A DNA stretch of 64,000 nt from Eledone cirrhosa (taxonomy: Eukaryota), in the NCBI GenBank assembly GCA_964016885.1, contig OZ024758.1:11594001-11658000 (forward strand). The letters run 5' to 3'. Under the pieces are notes generated by a model. The model had not been told where the DNA came from. It ran no database searches and worked only from the letters and a program-made list of their open reading frames with translations. A program made the position numbers and the translations under genes. Shown piece after piece: positions 59,096 through 64,000 of the stretch; position 1 is the stretch's first letter; each line of letters opens with the position of its first letter.

Positions 59096-61009
59096 ATAGG
59101 TTATGATGAAGCAATTAATGACATTTTATCTAGTTCTCCAATATTAGTAAAACATATTATCTGCATAAAGTGGTATGAGGGAAGTTGTGGTTTCACAAAC
59201 TTTAAACATTTGCGACAGATGGACGAGACAAAGCGGCGAAACAGTGTAAACAAGACATAAAGCTACAGAAAATGATATAATGATAAACTTGAAAGACATA
59301 CCAATCCATAGCCAAAATGGTAAAGTAAAACATTAAGCCATTATTATCAAATTCTAGCAGAGAAAATTAGTACTAATCTACAAATCGATTCCAGCCGTTG
59401 ACAATATATCGCTTCTTGAAATTGGGTAAGTATTCAAACAGAATATGGGTAGAGATTAAAACCAGAAATAATCTCGGTAATGTTTACCTTGGTAAGTATC
59501 AAAATAGCAGCATAGAAATTAATAACGCTCAGGTATTACAAACGTAGAAAATATAAATAATATAGTAATACTAGACAATGCTTAGGTATTTCGTAGATAC
59601 AATGGAAACAAACAAGAAAGAAATCTGCTTCCACCAACCTAATTCAGACATAGATGTATACAACCTTGCATTGAATACTGGAAATAACTACGACTCAATA
59701 ATGATATGTAGTAACTTAGGAACAAAATGAAACATTCGGAAATAGAGAGATTACTCGAATAAGGGCTCTGATAAATGGATACATCTAAACTATAATAAAG
59801 TAAGAAGCGCGGGATTGCGTACGGTTTATAATGTTTTATCCCATTAGTAAAATAAGTTGGATTACTTTGAATAAATAATGAATGAAATTTACATAATTTA
59901 TCTAGTAAATTTCGTGGCTGTTCATTAAATATATTTTATTATTTATTTAAAGATTCACTTCTTTAAAATTTTCAAATGTCAACACTTCCGGTGGCGATCG
60001 CTTAAATAAACATATTAATTTTCTGTCACTAATTTTCTCCTAATGCAGTTTATATATAATATCGTTTTTTTTTTAATGTATCATGGATTACGCTACTGAT
60101 TAAATAAGACAGTGTAACACAGTCTCTCTTCAATTTCTGTGTATATTGTTAATTACGATTTTATTTGACGTATCATATCTATATGTATATATATATTTGC
60201 GTATAATATCAATATATACACTACACATGCTAGTAGAAAACCACCCAAGGGGTGGTTTTTCTGCTAGTCCCTTATAATAATAGGTGCCATGCGAATTATT
60301 CAAAACGATGAATACAATTACATTACCAACACTAGAAGAAGTACAAGTAGTCAGTGTATGAATAAAGTAGCCCTTTCATTCAGAACTGTTCATATATTTT
60401 GTAAAGTACTCTCAATACAGGAGAAAATTGGAAAGGAAACTTCGGAACATTGCATATCTCAGGGGCAGGAAGCTGCTACATGAACGCAGAACCTAATAAA
60501 CCCCCAAAATAGTGAGGAATTTAATCTGACATCCAAACGACTGCAATAATTAACTGCCAGCGAGAATAAATATTGTTTATGAGCTAATATAATGTTGAAA
60601 CTGTTAACAACAATATAGTTGTCAGATGTATATTAACTTTGAATGTTACTTCCACGTCTCAACAAATGATGATAACATCTCAAATATAATATTCTATATC
60701 GTTGTTGAAATTATCCAAAGACGTATAAAATAATGCAATCGAAGGAATCGTGCTTTTGATGACCAGTGACATTTTAATGGAAGATAGCTTTTCTTTTATG
60801 AGGAACAGACGACGCGGGATTTAGAAACGGAATAAACATACGTCACAACACACACACTCCCAACACCAACAACAAAACACATTATCTTCGTATTGAATGA
60901 ATGTGACAATCTGATGAAATCCGATGCTACATCAGCGGTCGGCAGTGTCACGAGAAAATCTGCATAAAATAAGCGATCGTTTAGTAACTGGAAACATATT
61001 AAAATTAAT

Positions 61010-61165
61010 TGTTTCTATTTTAGGCACCAGGCCAGCAATTACATTATTTTATCGACCCCGTAAGGATGAAAGGCAAAGTTAACCTCAGCGGCATTTGATC
61101 ATAAAGGGTCGTAACTCTATGCTTCAAAGCATGGTGTCCGACTCTCTACCGATACTGCCAATCCA
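61010..61165 (-). mobile_element. SINE S1 with small deletions
   Basis: Reverse S1 flanked by ATTAAAATTAAT on both sides. Confidence 0.85.
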
Positions 61166-61254
61166 TTAAAATTAATGACATTTGTTTAATTACAGTCGAC
61201 TGTCGTAATTACTTGCCTACACACTCACGAAGATTGAGAAATATTGTCACACTG

Positions 61255-62312
<1,058 letters not shown>

Positions 62313-62467
62313 ATACAAAAGGATTGATATATTTGCTTAAAAAAGAAAAGAAATATGAAAAAGCTGTGGGCAATGATTCTTAAAGCGTGACAGCATCTCA
62401 TTCTAAATTCATGCGAAGAACACAACACATATGATCAACACTTTCGACACCTACAGCACCTCTACTG

Positions 62468-62650
62468 AGTAACAGCAGCAACAGTAGTAGTAGTAGTAGT
62501 AGCAGTGGTAATAGCAGTAGTAGTAGCGGTAGTAGTAATACTTGTAGTAGTAGTTGCAGTAGTAGTAGCAGTAGTTGCAGTAGTAGTAGTAGTAGTAGTA
62601 GTAGCATTAGCAGAAGTAGCAGTAACGGTAGCAGTAGTAGTAGTAATAGC

Positions 62651-62681
<31 letters not shown>

Positions 62682-62798
62682 ACAGTAACAGTAGCAGTAG
62701 TAGTAGTAATAGCAGTAGTAGCAGCAGCAGCAGTAGTAGTAGTAGTAATAGTAGTAGTTGTAATAGCAGTAGCAGCAGTAGCAGTAGTATTAGTAGTG

Positions 62799-62849
<51 letters not shown>

Positions 62850-62875
62850 TTAATAGCAGTAGTAGCAGCAGCAGC

Positions 62876-62939
<64 letters not shown>

Positions 62940-63003
62940 ATAGTAGTAGTAGTAGTAGTAGTAGTAGAAGCAATAGTAGTAGCAGAAGCAGTAGTAGTAG
63001 TAG
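62468..63003. repeat. Long (GTA/GCA)n trinucleotide tract
   Basis: About 535 bp of AGT/AGC triplets, and the source of the poly-Leu and poly-Val ORFs. Confidence 0.95.
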
Positions 63004-63500
63004 ATGAAAAAGACGGGTTGATGCCATAGCCGGAAACATAAGTGATATTAAATTGTGATGAAGGATATGATAATGATATTTATGAATAGCATAACAAATG
63101 GCAACTTTTGGGATTACCAAAAAACAAGATGAAAGTAAACATGGAGGAATACGGTCTCTTTCAGCTAATTATGACGTTATTTAGAAAGCAACAGATAATT
63201 TCTTTTGCAAATGAGATTGTAAATTCGTTTTTATTTTTCAAGCATGTAATTACATATGCGTGTCAAAGGTTTGATGCAAGTACGGGGCAAATATTACAAT
63301 TTTATCTGTAAATAATCGCACACCCCAGCTATCAAATGTGGTTTAATGCAAATGCAAGAAAATCCGTGGAATGTCAAATTAGACTCTTTCCTCCAAACAT
63401 TTATATAAACAAACAAACGGTATTGTGATAAATGTAACCGAACTATCTGATTTGAAACATCTCATATTACAAAAGAAGTCATTTAAAATTGTTCTAATAT

Positions 63501-63674
63501 TGTTTCTACTTTTGGCACAAAGCCAGCAATTAACCAGTGCATTACTGGTACTTTATTTTATCGACCCCGTAAGGATGAAAGGCAAAGTTAACCTCGGCGG
63601 GATTTGAACTCAGATCATACAGAGAGGTAACTCTATGCTTCAAAGCATGGCGTCCGACCCTCTACCGATACTGC
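63501..63674 (-). mobile_element. SINE S1, near full length
   Basis: Reverse complement of S1. Confidence 0.9.
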
Positions 63675-64000
63675 AGACAGAAAGAATGGTCAGTAAATCT
63701 TGCTGTAAATAAAACAGTAACAATCTAGCAGAAATTAATACTTCAATAAGAACTGAGCAGCGAAAACGTGTGGACACGTTACATGTAACCAAGAATGATA
63801 TATTTGAACAGTATCATGAACTTAATTTGGGTGACAGTCCATATAAAAACAATATAATCAAAGAATACTCTAAATAGCGCTCTAAATGAAAGGTAGAGAT
63901 AGTAAATGAAATAGAAGATAGTTATTATAAGGTAACACAGTCTAAAGGTATGAAAACAACCCAAGAAACTATAAACGTTGTTGACCTTTCTAAAAAAAAC

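Noticed and set aside
60230-60268. Small hairpin CTAGTAGAAAACCACCC/GGGTGGTTTTTCTGCTAG
   Set aside because: Isolated. A bacterial-type terminator is not meaningful here and there is no support for a Helitron end.
62398-63120. 240-aa poly-Leu and 174-aa poly-Val ORFs
   Set aside because: They are products of the (GTA/GCA)n tract, with no domain content or splice evidence.

Overview
This is AT-rich eukaryotic, almost certainly animal, intronic or intergenic DNA saturated with (TA)n, (CA)n, (GA)n and (AAT)n microsatellites. Nearly all ORFs in the track are microsatellite artefacts, and I recognise no host protein-coding gene. The tRNA-derived SINE resembles SINEs I recall from octopod cephalopods, so the organism is an inference, not a checked result. 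Recognisable content is about 18 copies of one tRNA-derived SINE (several with 16-19 bp target-site duplications), a second SINE family, 3' fragments of RTE-clade and Dong/R4-clade LINEs, a Penelope-like element (PLE) remnant with a GIY-YIG endonuclease, two Tc1/mariner-type mini-elements and a 108-bp tandem array. The most striking signal is a population of about 10 unrelated families of short non-coding fold-back (palindromic) elements inserted into (TA)n tracts. Most carry type I hammerhead ribozyme motifs (stem I-CUGANGA-stem II-GAAA-stem III-NUH) and share a short arm / long arm plus tail architecture. One hammerhead sits in a 381-bp direct-repeat, retrozyme-like unit. All structures were paired by eye, and ribozyme activity and family names are untested.
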